From: Lytechinus pictus
Lineage: Eukaryota
Reading direction: 5' to 3'
Assembly (NCBI RefSeq): GCF_037042905.1
Contig: NC_087256.1
Location: 18,724,001-18,788,000 of the forward strand
DNA length: 64,000 nt
Shown: in pieces, positions 1 to 12,671 of the stretch
Position numbering within the stretch: the stretch's first letter is position 1
How the letters are laid out: each line of letters opens with the position of its first letter
The notes under the pieces: model-generated
Seen by the model: the letters and a program-made list of their open reading frames with translations, nothing else
The model's database searches: none
Told to the model about the DNA's origin: nothing
Translations under genes and position numbers: made by a program

Positions 1-1913
1 CGGCAAGATTGTAAACTATAAAATCAATGACGAAAATGGGAAGTAGGTCAAGGGGTTTCGCCGGTATCGCAATCTCAAAATTCTATTCCAATCGACTAAT
101 GCGCGCTGTGCTGGAAATCCATTCTGAAAAAGTGTGACCTAACTTTGCGGACCAATGTTTTTGTGAAGATTTAAACAAAAACTCAAGTTGAAAAGGTGAG
201 ATATTTATATCAGACTGACGATAAAATGCTTTAGAATCAGTCAGTACCACATTGAACTCCATTTGTGATGACATCCGCTTGCAAAAATGATGATATTGTG
301 ATGCTTGTTGAGAATTTCAGATTTCTTCGGAACGGGCGCTATCCATGACAAATTTGCCGATCTTTTGTCAATATTTTCATGAATACTGAACTCATCCTAA
401 AGAAACTTACGCGAAAAGGTAATTTTAGGTCGCTTTTCATGTTGATGATGTCAGATTTTAAGGATATTGGCTAGTTTTTTAGATAATGACCGTCCACGAA
501 GTATGGACACACGCAAAGTTTGGACTCGCTGCCATTAAAGAAAACGAGTATTTTGGAGCAGCATTGTTGTCTCCAAAATACTCGGTGTGTGTGGGCCTAT
601 GCCATCCCGTCCCAGGCTCCATGGAGAGTAAAGCCTACGTCAGTAAATGACTTTTACTCTCCAGGAGCCTCCAGGCTACTCAAGGCTAGCGCTAGCGTGC
701 ATCGACGGCTGGAGCAAAAAAATTGACTTGATTTTCCCCGCCTTCAAATTCGATGCATCGATGTATTGTTGGATCAAATTAAACTCCTGTCGAAAACCGG
801 TTTTCAAAATAATCGATGGGACCTGGATGGGACTACCGTACCGGTACTTATTTCACGATAAGGCCAATGTTTTTGCAGATATGATGCATAGAAAATTAGG
901 CAAGAGTTCCATATGCACCCCTATCCTAACTAAGTGTCCCCGGCCTTAGGCGGCGGCGAGCTGAAGCCATAGCGGCATAGCCATAGCGGACTACGTCTAC
1001 GTTCCTCCATTCCTCCAATCACACTCGCATACCCAGGCAACATTCAACCGCACACGGCCCGGGGGTTTACTATGCACATCATAGGAGACATACGGCACCA
1101 TGTTCATCAGTTTTCTTAACATTTCTGTCTTAAATCATTAGGAGTCAAAAGCAATTAAAAACTTGAAATTGATATATTATTAATTTCGCTTATTCTAAAA
1201 CGTTCAAACTTACCAGTTCATGCGTAATTTAGACTTCTAATTGCATATGACGAGTGGTATCCCGTTCAAATTGCTTGGCCAGTGCTTTCATGTTGCTAGC
1301 GCTACACATTTTCGTCTATTTGATTTGCGCTGCGATATAACCGCTCTAGTTATCCGCGGTCCGCTGTGGACGTACCGGTATTGTTCATTTAGCATGCATA
1401 CACACGTACGTGCACAAAGCTCGACCCGGTTATGTCGCGGATATCGGATACTTTGAAACTGATGACCGCACCCTGTAGCTGGCGCTAGACCTATTTTGAA
1501 AAGAATACTGATCAAGTTTATTCCTCATCAATTCTTAATTTATTTAGTAAAATAACATCGACCTTTTAATACTACAATGAAGGGCGGAGCAATTTTTAAT
1601 TTGGTCAGGCACCGATAAATAGGTGCTCATATTCTCTTAATGATATATCTTCTTAATTTTATGTCTTCTTAATTTCATGTTCTATTCTGGAGTTATATCC
1701 CCTTTTTCAAATGATATTGACATGAAACCGAACGAAGGAAGAGAGGAAAGGGTGAATGGCAGAAAAAAAAAGTTGAAGAAAGTGGAGTATTATTTAAAAG
1801 GAGTTTACTAACATTATCCCCATATTTTATCGGGGAAATTTATAGTCATCTCTAATGTCCCTTCTCAAAATAGGATCGTGTCGCTGTCGCCCCAGCTAAG
1901 GAGTTACCAGTAC

Positions 1914-2198
1914 GTAATAATAATAATACCAACATGCTTATATAGCGCATATCACTGCCAAATGCGTCCCTATGCACTTAATTGGATATTATCCTGTTTT
2001 TAGCCCCGCAGCCTTTTACAGCGCGGTGGCATTTCGAGGAATAAATTCATGCCAGGTACCCATTTACCTCACCTGTGTTGAGTGCAGCACAATGTGGATA
2101 AATTTCTTGCCGAAGGAAATTACGCCATGGCTGGGATTCGACCCACGACCCTCTGTTTTAAAGTCCGAAGACTAATCCACTGGGCCACAACGCTCCAC
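1914..2198 (-). mobile_element. tRNA-derived SINE (sea-urchin SINE2/SURF-like)
   Basis: Minus strand begins GTGGAGCGTTGTGGCCCAGTGGATTAG (A box) and has a GGGTCGAATCCC B-box variant, a conserved body (CTCAACACAGGTGAGGTAAATGGGTACC) and a (TTA)n tail. A near-identical copy lies at 16592-16877. Confidence 0.85.
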
Positions 2199-2289
2199 AT
2201 AACACCATAGTATCACGAATCCGGGCCTTTCCTCACCTTTAACTTTATTGTTTATTTTTTTCATTTTTCTTTTTATTTCTATTTTTATA

Positions 2290-3740
2290 CTTCTACACAT
2301 TAAATATTCGAGTTAAAGATTGCCTCAAATTAAAGTATTTGGTATGGTCACTAGACCTGGAGAAGGCATTTGATTTAATCTCGTCTGAATTATTGTTAAA
2401 GAAATTTATCTTATTTTGGATTTGATCAGGAGGCAGTAAAATGGTTTCGCATCTATTTCTATGGTAGGCAGCAATCAACGGTTGTCAATCAACTTGTCCG
2501 GTTTTCGTAAATCGGAGTGCCTCAGGGGAGTATCCTAGGCCCCCTCCTCTTCTCCTCTTTATTATCACTCTAAATTATTTGGTCAGATCTGTAGAAAAAT
2601 GTTCCTTCTCCTTATATGAAGATGGTAGGCACATGCATTCACTTTGCATCTAAAGAGCCCAGAAATTTAGAAATGACTATCAACAGAGTTTGAAGGTTAA
2701 TTTCTAGATGGTTTTCTAACTTAATCAACACCGAGTAAGTGTCAATTTAAGTTATTAGGATCTAAAGCAAAGCTCCGTCTATTTGATGATATAGAGTACA
2801 AATGCAACATCATTAATTAAGGATAAGCCAATGTAAATATCTTGGCGTAATAATACACAACTCTCTAACCTGGACACCCCCCCCCCCCCCCCCCCATTGA
2901 CAGTGTTCGGAAAAAATCTTTACAGATATTTAAAACGCGTTCGATGTCATATACCAAAATCACAGCTCTTATGCTGTACAAGGCTTTAATCCAACCGATA
3001 TTTGACTATTGTTGTACAATCTGGAGAAATGGCAAATAAGAACCAACTAAAGAAAGCTCCAAGTTGTACAAAATAGGGCCCTGAAATCTGTCTTACAAGT
3101 TAACAGTCGATTTAGTACAGCGAATATATAACATTTTGAAGGTTGATCAACTCAACAATTAAGAGATGGAACAATCAGTCAAATTTTACCATTATTAAAT
3201 TGGCCAATAATCTAGTTCCATCTGTTCTTTGTACTCGAATCACACTTAAATCACGAGAATATCTTCTAAGAAACATAAACCGACAAATTCAATTACCAAA
3301 GCCTCATACTATAATAATTATCTCAAAACAGTCCCCTTTATTCAGCTTCTAAATTATTCAATAACCTACCCGCATCCACTCGATCAGAAAAAAAAGCGAC
3401 ATTTGCACGTCTCATATCACTTTCTTACTTCAATTCTCCACCCCGACCACCCTTGTTGATACTCACATACCTCATTTCATTTTATTTTAATGTTTGATTT
3501 TGACATTACTTTAGATATTTCATCTCTTTATTTTTTCATTTTTGTTTGCTCCAATTTTACTTTTGCCAATTTTATTTTCTTCATTTTTGATATATTATGT
3601 TTTTCGTTGTTCTTATTTTTGTAAGCTCAATTTCATGTTGGCATTATTTGTTATCATCATTTGTTCACGGCCTTGCTGAAAAGCAGCTGAAAGCAGGTTT
3701 TTTAACCGTGATTAAAATAATAATTACAATACAATAAAGA
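2290..3740 (+). pseudogene. Highly degenerate 5'-truncated non-LTR retrotransposon (CR1/L2 group) RT and 3' end
   Basis: Interrupted RT motifs LDLEKAFD (~2350) and GVPQGSILGPLLF (~2515), then CKYLGVII and IFDYCCTIW, with many stops and frameshifts and an AAT/ACAAT tail near 3720. Confidence 0.7.
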
Positions 3741-4135
3741 TGAAGATATGATAAAAAAAAATGAATTGATACGAATTTTATTGATACATCATTTTCGTCG
3801 ACAAGACGATATAAAAGTTAGTTACCAAAATTAATAAGAGTGAATAGGCTACCATAAATTTTCGTATATGTGCCTACATTTGTTTTTTTTTTCTTTTTTT
3901 TCTTGTTCATAGAGATAAAGTTCCGGACGGATCACATTCTCCTACATCATGTAGGCCAAAATATATCGAAGGGACTAAAAGATAATTAAAAGTGATAAAT
4001 TCAGAAAAACAATCATATTTCACCATGATTTTCAAGAAGAAAAAAAAAATACTCATTCATAAATAGTCCTGTTTACTTTTGGAATTGAAAATTATTTTAT
4101 CAACTTTCTATATTGAGAGAAAAATAATTCTAGCA

Positions 4136-4230
4136 ATGGCGTATCGTTTCCCTAAGCAAGAAATTGATTCGCAATGAGATGCACTCAACCCAGGTGAGGT
4201 AAATGCGTACCTGACAGGAAATTTTTCCTT
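4136..4230 (+). mobile_element. SINE fragment, same family as 1914-2198
   Basis: GCAAGAAATT...GCACTCAACCCAGGTGAGGTAAATGCGTACCTGACAGG matches the SINE body. Confidence 0.6.
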
Positions 4231-4249
4231 TGGGTTCCTTTAGGCTAAG

Positions 4250-6108
4250 TAATAACTAATACCTTGCCACAATCTTGCTGTACTTATGATCATTTCTTGC
4301 CACCCCAAAATTTGTTGAATTCATTTTTCCTTAGCCGCATACAACCTAGTGAAATAATTAAAATTGTGTCTGAACTTCAGCCAAACAAAAGCCCTGGTTA
4401 TGATGGCATTGATTGTAATGTTTTTAAATAAGCAATTCATCTTTTATTCACACCTTTGTGTATTATTTTTAATTTGTCAATAGAAAAGGGAGTTTTCCCT
4501 AGTTCCCTAAAATTAGCCAAAATAATGTGTACCCATATATAAAAAAGGGGATAGATCTGTATTATCTAACTATAGACCAATTTCTATCCTATCTGTGATT
4601 TCTAAGTTATTGGAGAAACTTATACACAAACGGTTATTGTCATATTTATGTTACAATTATATTATATCCAAGAAACAGTTTGGTTTTAGACCCAATTATT
4701 CTACCTATATGGCATTAATTGATTTTTGTGACAAAATAGCGAATGCATTCGAAAATAAGCAATTTGTTATTGGGATCTTCTTAGACTTATCAAAAGCTTT
4801 TGATTGTATAAATCATGACATTCTTATAGAGAAAATGAAATATTATGGTATCAGAGGTCTTGCTTTAGATTGGTTTAAAAGTTATCTTTACAATCGCAGA
4901 CAGTACGTACGTTTCAATAATTATTCATCCCCTATACAAAACATTAATATTGGTGTTCCTCAGGGACCTGTTTTAGGTCCTCTACTTTTTATTATGTATA
5001 TAAATGACTTACATTTTATTAGTAATATATTAGATTCTGTATTATATGCAGATTATAGTAATTTTTTTATAACTGGAAATGATATACAGAATGTCTGTGC
5101 AATACTAAATGGGGAATTGTGTAAGATAGGCCAGTGGTTTTTAGCTAACAAGCTGAAACTAAATACTGACAAAACATCGTGCGTGGTATTCCACACAAGG
5201 AATAAGCATATTGATACTAATTCTATTTATATAAAAATTGATGGTTCTAATATTCCAGTTGTAAATACCACTAAATTTTTGGGAGTAACTTTAGATAATC
5301 ATCTTATTTGGATTACCACGTAAATGAAATATGTTGTAAAATATCAAGGGCAATTGGTGCAATCAGTAGGGTAAGTGAAATTGTACCAAATCATATTCTT
5401 TTAAAACTATATTTTTCTATGATCTTTCCTCACCTTATTTATTGCAACATTGTATGGGGAAATTGTACAAAGTATCTTTTAAATAGAATTTCTGTTCTTC
5501 AAAAGCGTGCAATACGGATAATTACAAACTCTTAGCCCTACACTCACTCAAATATTTTGTTTAAAGAAAAACAATTATTGAATATCTATGATATTCACAA
5601 ATTTTCTACATGTATATTTATGTATAAATATGTTCATAACTCCTTGCCAAACTTTTAGGTAATTATTTTATTTAAAAAAAATATGTATATGATATGCGAC
5701 AGAACGATAATTTGTATGTACCAAATTACAAATATAATTTTTCTCGATCAACCGTTAAATATTCAGGACCGAGTATATGGAATAGCCTTCCTAGTAGCCT
5801 GAAATCTTGCCAAAGTCTTTCGACTTTTAAACGAACATTTATAATTTTTCTTCTGAACTCATATTAATTTGCCTTATCCGTTCCCCCCCCCCTTTGGTTT
5901 TCGTTTTGGTAAATCTTTTGTGTTATAGGGATTGACCTTTGAAAGGTCTTGAGGCCTACTGTTAATCCCACCACTTTCTGTTAATATTTACTATATTTAT
6001 AATGTACCCTTTTGTATTCACGTTTGAATGTATTTTTTAATGTGTTTTTATGCTATTGTACCTGTATTTTTACCAGATTGTGGAAATAAATAAATCTAAA
6101 AAATCTAA

Positions 6109-6112
<4 letters not shown>
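4250..6112 (+). mobile_element. 5'-truncated LINE (CR1/L2 group) with frameshifted reverse transcriptase
   Basis: KSPGYDGI and NYRPISIL motifs upstream. ORF 4595-5323 has QFGFR, FLDLSKAFD, GVPQGPVLGPLLF, YADY (mutated YADD) and KFLGV. It continues by frameshift in 5308-5535 (YCNIVWG, LQKRAIRII) and later WNSLP, ending in an AATAAA and ATCTA-type tail. Confidence 0.9.

Positions 6113-6174
<62 letters not shown>
6113..6174. repeat. (TA)n microsatellite
   Basis: Direct reading. Confidence 0.95.
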
Positions 6175-6176
<2 letters not shown>

Positions 6177-6707
6177 CTCATGAGATAGAGACACGTATCT
6201 CACCCAACAAATTAATGCGAGCGCGAGCTTAAAATTTCTTTATATTCTGACCTGAAAGCTTGATATTCTAAGCATTTTTGGTACCAATAATTAAGATGGG
6301 TTTCTAAAAAAACAATAGATGCAAGCGCGAGCTGAAAATTTTGATATTTCGATCTGAAAAAATTTGAGTTTAATGGACGTTTTTAATAAAGAACAAGATA
6401 TATATCCGACAAAAGATTATTGCAAACTGAAAACGGGACATTCTATTCACCTATTTGATCATGAAAAGTATGGGTTTTGCTACAGAAATGATGCGAGCGC
6501 GAAGCGCGAGCTGAACATTTTTTATATTCCAATCTGAAAAGCGGACATTTTGAGCACGATTTTAGACAAAGAACAAATTCTTATTTTTTATTTTTTGCAC
6601 ATGCGGAATTATTGGGGGGGGGGGGGCAAAACGATATGTTTGCCCCCCCCCCAATATTTTCATTGATGGGGCGATCCCCCTGCCCCCCCCCCAGGATCGA
6701 CGCCTCT

Positions 6708-6790
6708 GGTAGTAGTAGTAGTAGTAGTAGTAGTAGTTGTAGTTGTTGTTGTTGTTGTAGTAGTAGTTGCTGTTGTTGTTGTTGTATTAC
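6708..6790. repeat. (GTA/GTT)n compound trinucleotide microsatellite
   Basis: Direct reading; it explains the poly-Q/T/S ORFs here. Confidence 0.9.
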
Positions 6791-7054
6791 TAATATTATT
6801 ATCGTTTTCATTATTATAAAATATATTATATCGCCTGACAGAATTAAAAATGAAATGTTGAGAAAGATAGACTAGTTTTAAAGTCTCTCCATCTCCCCTT
6901 CCATCATTTATTTTATTCAGGATAATCTTTTTTTTTCTTAAGAAGGGGAGTGGGGTAGAATTCTTCAGTTTAGAAGAGACAGCACCCCCTCTCCCTCCCA
7001 AATATACGTAAGAGATTCTTTTCTTCAAAAAGGAGGCCAACTGTCGACCTCTTA

Positions 7055-7165
7055 GGCCAGAATTCTCAAAGGGTGGCTAACTTAGCCCGGGCTGACTTAG
7101 GCCCATCGGCTAACTAACCCCGGGGGGGGGGGGCTAAGTTAGCCACCCTTTGAGAATTCGGGCCT
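7055..7165. mobile_element. Short palindromic MITE (Harbinger-like)
   Basis: Inverted arms AGGCCAGAATTCTCAAAGGGTGGCTAACTTAGCCC / GGGCTAAGTTAGCCACCCTTTGAGAATTCGGGCCT, flanked by TTA. Confidence 0.65.
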
Positions 7166-7678
7166 TACAGAGTGAAGGGAAGGGTGTGGGGGCTCCTTCA
7201 CAAACGATGCATTTGGTGAGACGCTCGTTAATAGGAGTTTATGCCCCATGATGCACGACGAATTCAAGAACATTGAAAATTACTGTCAAAATGCCATTCA
7301 ATGACAACGAAGAAGTCTTGGTCAAAAATTGGTGAATCAAATCAAATCAAAAGTTTCGTCCCAGACACTGGCTTGTCTTGACAAAAAACGACATCTGGCT
7401 CCAAAAACTGAGAACGAAACTGTTGTTCCGGTTAACCAGTATTCGAAAAAGAAGTCCAAGCTGCTCTTTGTCATTTGATGGGCATTTTCAATACACTTTC
7501 TGTGTTCTTGAATCCTTCATGCACCGCGGTGCGAATACTCGTTAATTATGATCACCAACACGTGTCTAATTTCACAGTCACGTCAGCAAAAGCGGATCCA
7601 AACGGTCCGATCATTGGTAACGACTTAATAACTTTCATCTGTCCGGAGACAATATCCCTGGTGTGACTGTAACATAGT

Positions 7679-7911
7679 CAGGGGTGGATCCAGGATTTTC
7701 CAAAAGGGGGGCACAATTTTTGAAGGAAAAAAAATCGGGTATTTCGTACCCGAAAAAAATTGACAAGCAAAAAAAAAAAGGTCTTCACTTAAAAAAAAGG
7801 CACACCTCTGTTTTCATGGCATTTTTACATTACAAATGTTTAATTTTGCTTCTCAACAGGGGGGCACGTGCCCCCTGTGCCCCCCCCCCCCCCCTCCTGG
7901 ATCCGCGCCTG
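7679..7911. mobile_element. MITE with CAGG termini and 8-bp TSD (hAT-like)
   Basis: CAGGGGTGGATCCAGG ... CCTGGATCCGCGCCTG, with TSD AACATAGT/AACATTGT. A related copy lies at 38067-38313. Confidence 0.7.
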
Positions 7912-8370
7912 AACATTGTAATTAGTTGGGGAATCTTTAATGATGAAGAAATATCAATCATAAACAGCTTGTACGTCAAATCACCGCGCACGCTTATGCA
8001 GCTCTCCGAAATAATGACCGTTGAATGACGCTAGGGTATATAGGCTCATAATACGCCTACCTGCACTTTCATTGTCTTTCTTCTTTAATTCCGTCTCCAG
8101 GGAGTCCGACAGGAAACGCATCCTCAAAACGCTTCGCATTATTAGAGGATCTTCAAACAGGATTGAGGAGAAAAAAAAACACGTCCGAGAGGCCAAGATG
8201 AAGAATATTGAGAGCTACTCCAGTAGTAGTGACAGCGAGATAAGCGGAATAGTTAATGAAGACTGGTAATGAAGCACTCGAACACACTTCCATTTTTTTA
8301 ACATCGTATCAATTTCATTGTGGTCGCAATGACATCCATTCCTGCCATTATTGAATAATAAGACCATAAG

Positions 8371-9942
8371 ATGGTTCCGACTGTTATAATCTCGCTGACT
8401 TTTTTCTCCATCCTCGCCTTCTTCGGCATCCCGCTGAACACCGTCACCCTTCGTGTCATGCTGAAACGACGTCGCAAAACGAGCACGCAGATCTTCATCA
8501 TCATCCTCGCGATAACGGACCTCTTCGTCTGCATCGTCACACCCATGCTGTGGTATATCTTGGTACCGACAAACATGTTTTTCACGGATGTTTCATGCAT
8601 GACCATCACCTTCATCGCCGTATTCTCTTTACACCAGTCCATCTTCATCGGCGCGACCATAGCCCTCGATCGCTACTTCCTGATCTGCCGACCTTACAGC
8701 CAATTCATGACAAAGAAGCGGGTAATTGCCATAATGGTGGCTTGTTTGATATTTTCCTTCATCCTGGCGTTCTTAATTGCCTACTATTCCAAGGCGAGGT
8801 TGTATGAAAACAACGTCTTTAAATGCGATCTCGCAGGAGGGTCCATTGTATTTGAAAGGATGATGATAGCCGTGATGGTGATCTGTGGCAGTTGTATCGT
8901 TGTGTTGTATTGGAAGGTGTATCGAGCCCTTCGACTGCAGCGAAATCGTGTCATGGTTCACATGAACAACAACTTGAGGATTCCATCTAACCGAAGCCAA
9001 ACCAGAGAATCGTCGACGACAAGGAAAGATTCGGTGCGAATCGGCATCAAAAGGGCATATTTGGATAACACAGTGGCCACGGGAATAGATATCACCAGGT
9101 CTTCACATTCCAGTCCCAAGAATTATGCTCAATCTAACCCATTTAGTGCAAAAGAAACACAACTTCACGGCGATGTCAAAAAGCTGTTTAACGAGTCGCT
9201 CACTCCGGTCAATGACGACGATGTTCATAATGTCAATGCTGCACAAGAAACACAACTTCATGGCGACGTCAAAAAGCTGTTTAACGAGTCGCTCACTCCT
9301 GTCAAAGACGTCGATGTCCATAACGTCAATGTTACACAAAAAACACAACTTCACGGCGACGTCAAAGAGCTGTTTAACGAGACTCTCACTCCTGTCAATG
9401 TTCATAACGTCAGTGTTACACAAGAAACACAATTTCACGACGACGTCAAACAGCTGTTTAACGAGTCGGTCACTCCTGTCAATGACGTCAATGTCCATAG
9501 CGTCAGTCATGTCAATGGGGCATGCACATCGACAGGACAACCGCCATTCGCACCGTCAGATTCCAAAGCTACAGTAGATGTAGGCGTTGTTGTAACGCAT
9601 CACCGTCATCGGAGTGCCGATATCAACAATGCCGAGCGGTCACCCGCCCCTGTCACACCCGCCGATCGTCAAGCCACCAACATCATGCTCGTCATCACCG
9701 GGGTATTCTTGATCACGTGGATACCGGCGATCGTAGTCAATCTCGTCCCCGAAGAAGCATTGGTAGAGATGGCCTCGACGAATAACCATCTATATCTCTT
9801 CGTGTTTTTTCTCAAGCACACTGTATACATCAGCAACGCGGTCAATCCTCTCGTATACGGGTTCATGAACACTCGATTCCGGAAAGAATGTTTGAACGAA
9901 ATTAGATACCTAAGGTCTTGTATGGATTGCTGGTCATCTTGA
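8371..9942 (+). CDS. Intronless rhodopsin-family (class A) orphan GPCR, 523 aa
   Basis: Seven hydrophobic segments: GIPLN (TM1), LAITDL (TM2), Cys at the top of TM3 and DRY, ECL2 Cys, LYWKVY (TM5), FLITWIP (TM6), NAVNPLVY (TM7), and helix 8 NTRFRKE with C-terminal Cys. Confidence 0.92.
   Translation: MVPTVIISLTFFSILAFFGIPLNTVTLRVMLKRRRKTSTQIFIIILAITDLFVCIVTPMLWYILVPTNMFFTDVSCMTITFIAVFSLHQSIFIGATIALDRYFLICRPYSQFMTKKRVIAIMVACLIFSFILAFLIAYYSKARLYENNVFKCDLAGGSIVFERMMIAVMVICGSCIVVLYWKVYRALRLQRNRVMVHMNNNLRIPSNRSQTRESSTTRKDSVRIGIKRAYLDNTVATGIDITRSSHSSPKNYAQSNPFSAKETQLHGDVKKLFNESLTPVNDDDVHNVNAAQETQLHGDVKKLFNESLTPVKDVDVHNVNVTQKTQLHGDVKELFNETLTPVNVHNVSVTQETQFHDDVKQLFNESVTPVNDVNVHSVSHVNGACTSTGQPPFAPSDSKATVDVGVVVTHHRHRSADINNAERSPAPVTPADRQATNIMLVITGVFLITWIPAIVVNLVPEEALVEMASTNNHLYLFVFFLKHTVYISNAVNPLVYGFMNTRFRKECLNEIRYLRSCMDCWSS
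9151..9510 (+). repeat. In-frame coding minisatellite, 93/93/84-nt periods, about 4 copies
   Basis: Units start at 9151, 9244, 9337 and 9421 and encode ETQLHGDVKKLFNESLTPV...HNV. Confidence 0.92.
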
Positions 9943-10171
9943 ATCACATCAATATCTGCCAGATAAAACAGATACCATTTGACGTTTTACTCTATTTTCT
10001 GGTGCAAATTGTTTGATTACGAAACACTGTGCACTTCATGATCTGTCTGCGATCTGATTTTTGTTTGGTAGGCGTATTCTTGGAGCGGGGAGTTCCTACT
10101 AGATCTCAAAATTCTCACGAGCAAAAGAAAATGGGAAAATTGGTGGAATATTCAAGGCAGGTTGAAAAATA

Positions 10172-10619
10172 CACTGTTAAAAATACTAGTAATTTTACAA
10201 AGAAAAATCGTAAATTTACAGGATGTTGAACTTTTAAAAACAGACGACACAATGATTTAACAAGCCAAACGTGTTTATGCATTGATATGTAAAGTAGAAT
10301 TACAGGTTAAATGTAAAACAAAGTAGACTATAATATATTTGTAACAATCTTTGTAAAAATACCAACGAACTATCGTGTTTTTACGTTGATTGCAGTGCAT
10401 CTATCGTATGGTGTCCGTATTTGTAAATTAACGGCGATGTTCATGTTAAATGAATATTAAAATGGTGTTTGGTTTTTTTTTACCTTTTTTCTTACAGTTA
10501 TCCTGTTTTGGTTTTTTTTTGCATTTTTACAGCCCATCGTAATTTAACAGTTCATACTGTTTGTGAGTCCCAGCTGCTAGTAATTATTACTGTTTTTTAC
10601 AGTTTTATTTTTAAAAGTG
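10172..10619. mobile_element. Non-autonomous CMC/EnSpm-type MITE
   Basis: CACTGTTAAAAATA ... TATTTTTAAAAGTG (14-bp TIR, 1 mismatch) with TA duplicated on both sides. Confidence 0.7.
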
Positions 10620-11174
10620 TACATAAAATGGGATATTACAAAAACCAAAAACATTAATTGCAAATGAAAGCAATCGTACAATAGAATTAAATAAGTAAAT
10701 TTGCATTAACATTAAAAAGAATTGGGTTTAAGGGGAACTTACATGAGCAAAGATCAAGCAAACATGACATCGACAAAGGAACATTCAGTTCATCTGAATT
10801 ATGGTAACAATATCGGAAAGAGCAGGAAAGGGAGAAATAAAACAGTTAATAATTCACTTTATAGTCTGAAACATAGTGTGGATATGGGCTTTCAAAGCGA
10901 AATACCACATACTTTGCATTAGGTGTTGATGTTTATGATAAAACAGGAAGATATTAATGCACATTAAAATATATGAGCAAAAACATAAAAGTTTTGGCAT
11001 AAATTCTGTTTTTCCAAAAATATTAACATCAGGGGGAAACTTTGGAAAATTGGATTATGAATATACAATAATTCACATTCGGGACAGCAGCGTAGTCTCG
11101 TGACTGTGCATGGACAACGACATGTTATTTGCAATTCTTCGTCGGGTGCAAATCTTCGGATGATCTGCTGTCCT

Positions 11175-11342
11175 GGGGCCCGTTTCATAAAGAGTTGCAA
11201 CTGTTGTAGCTTTGCCATTATGGTAACTACCATGGTAACCTTGATTTTGATTGACTGCAGCAGCTGAGCCCTGTTGCCATGGTAGTCGCCATACTGGCAA
11301 AGTTATATACAACAGTTGTAAAGTCTTTATGAAACGGGCTCC
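11175..11342. mobile_element. Palindromic Harbinger-like MITE
   Basis: GGGGCCCGTTTCATAAAGA ... TCTTTATGAAACGGGCTCC. Related elements lie at ~17051-17225, ~24505-24676 and ~49393-49660. Confidence 0.7.
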
Positions 11343-11424
11343 AGTCCACCAACTTTCGACAAAAGCCACTGCATGTGCTCTTCATTGTGATTTATCTTTC
11401 ATTTTCAAAGGAGTTGGTGTGTAA

Positions 11425-12600
11425 AGCCCCTTTCACAATTGACGTACGATCACTTGCGACCTTTTGGTCGTGCGACAGGCTGCAACAGGCATCAATCGCC
11501 AGTCATCTCATAATATCGCACAGAGGCTTTCACAGTTGCAACAGCTGTCGTACAACAAAAACAACCAGTAAAACCCGTTGCACGAGTAAGTCGCTTATGA
11601 TCCTATTGTGCTCGTGCGATCACATGCGAGTGTTGCCCGAGGGATTGCGAGGGGAACGGTCGCACACAACGGTAGTGCAATGTTGTAAGCCGTTGCGATC
11701 GGTCTTGCAACAGTCTTATGGCCCATCATATTATCGCACCCAGTCGCAAGACAGGTCTCTGTACATGTAGGTCGCTAGCACATGTGCAAGTGTTGTACGA
11801 CCTCCAGTCGAGTAAATGCGACTACTTAGTTGTGCCACCTCTCGCACCAAGTCGTGCAACGTTGAACAACACTCCCACGATGATCGCCCGACCGATGGTA
11901 CGACCCCGGATACGAGCTGATGCGAGTGAATCGGTCGTATTTGATTGCGTTCGGATTTTGAACATGTTCAAAGTTCAGATGTGACCAGTCACGACCACCT
12001 CGAGTTCGTGCGACCGTCTACAACGACTGCGAGTGCTCGCAAGTCACCAAGAGATCGATCGTGCAACAGCAGGAAAAAAACTGTTGCAGGCGGTCGTAAA
12101 CTGGTCGGATGTCAATTGTGAAAGGGGCTGTACGGTCGCATACATGCGAATGCAACGGTAGTGGAATGTTGTAAGCCGTAATTTCGATCGGTCTTGCAAC
12201 AGTCTTATATTATCGCAACCAGTCGCAAGACTGGTCTCTGTAGGTATCTAGCGCATGTGCAAGTGTTGTACGACCTCCAGTCGACTAAATGCGACTATAC
12301 GTAGTCGTGTCACCTCTCGCACCAAGTCGTACAACGTTGAACAACACTCACACGATGATCGCCCGACCGATGGTACGACCTGATGCGAGTAAATCAATCG
12401 TATTTGATCGCGTTTGGATTTTGAACATGTTCACATTCAGATGCGACCAGTCACGATCACCTCCGACCACCTCAAATTCGTGCGTTCGTCTACAACCACT
12501 GCGAGTGCTCGCAAGACACCAAGAGATCGATCGTGCAACAACAAGAAAAAACTGTTGCAGGCGGTCGTAAACAGGTCGTACGTCAATTGTGAAAGGGGCT
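11425..12600. mobile_element. PIF/Harbinger-like non-autonomous element with tandemly duplicated right part
   Basis: TIR AGCCCCTTTCACAATTGAC with TAA TSD (11422-24 and 12601-03). The right TIR occurs twice (~12129 and 12600) because ~11656-12129 is repeated at ~12132-12600. Confidence 0.8.
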
Positions 12601-12671
12601 TAAAGGGGCTTTCACAATTATTGCTCGTGCGATCATTTGGTCACAATGCACACAATCGCAACGGTTGGAAG

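Noticed and set aside
1-1500. Possible gene start or transposon remnant in the CpG-richer opening region
   Set aside because: No recognisable protein motif, splice chain or paired termini within the window.
6581-7040. Poly-Q, poly-T and poly-S/C ORFs
   Set aside because: They are translations of a trinucleotide microsatellite and adjacent repeat.
8298-9947. Overlapping and antisense ORFs across the GPCR
   Set aside because: Shadow ORFs caused by codon bias and the 93-nt repeat; no independent motifs.
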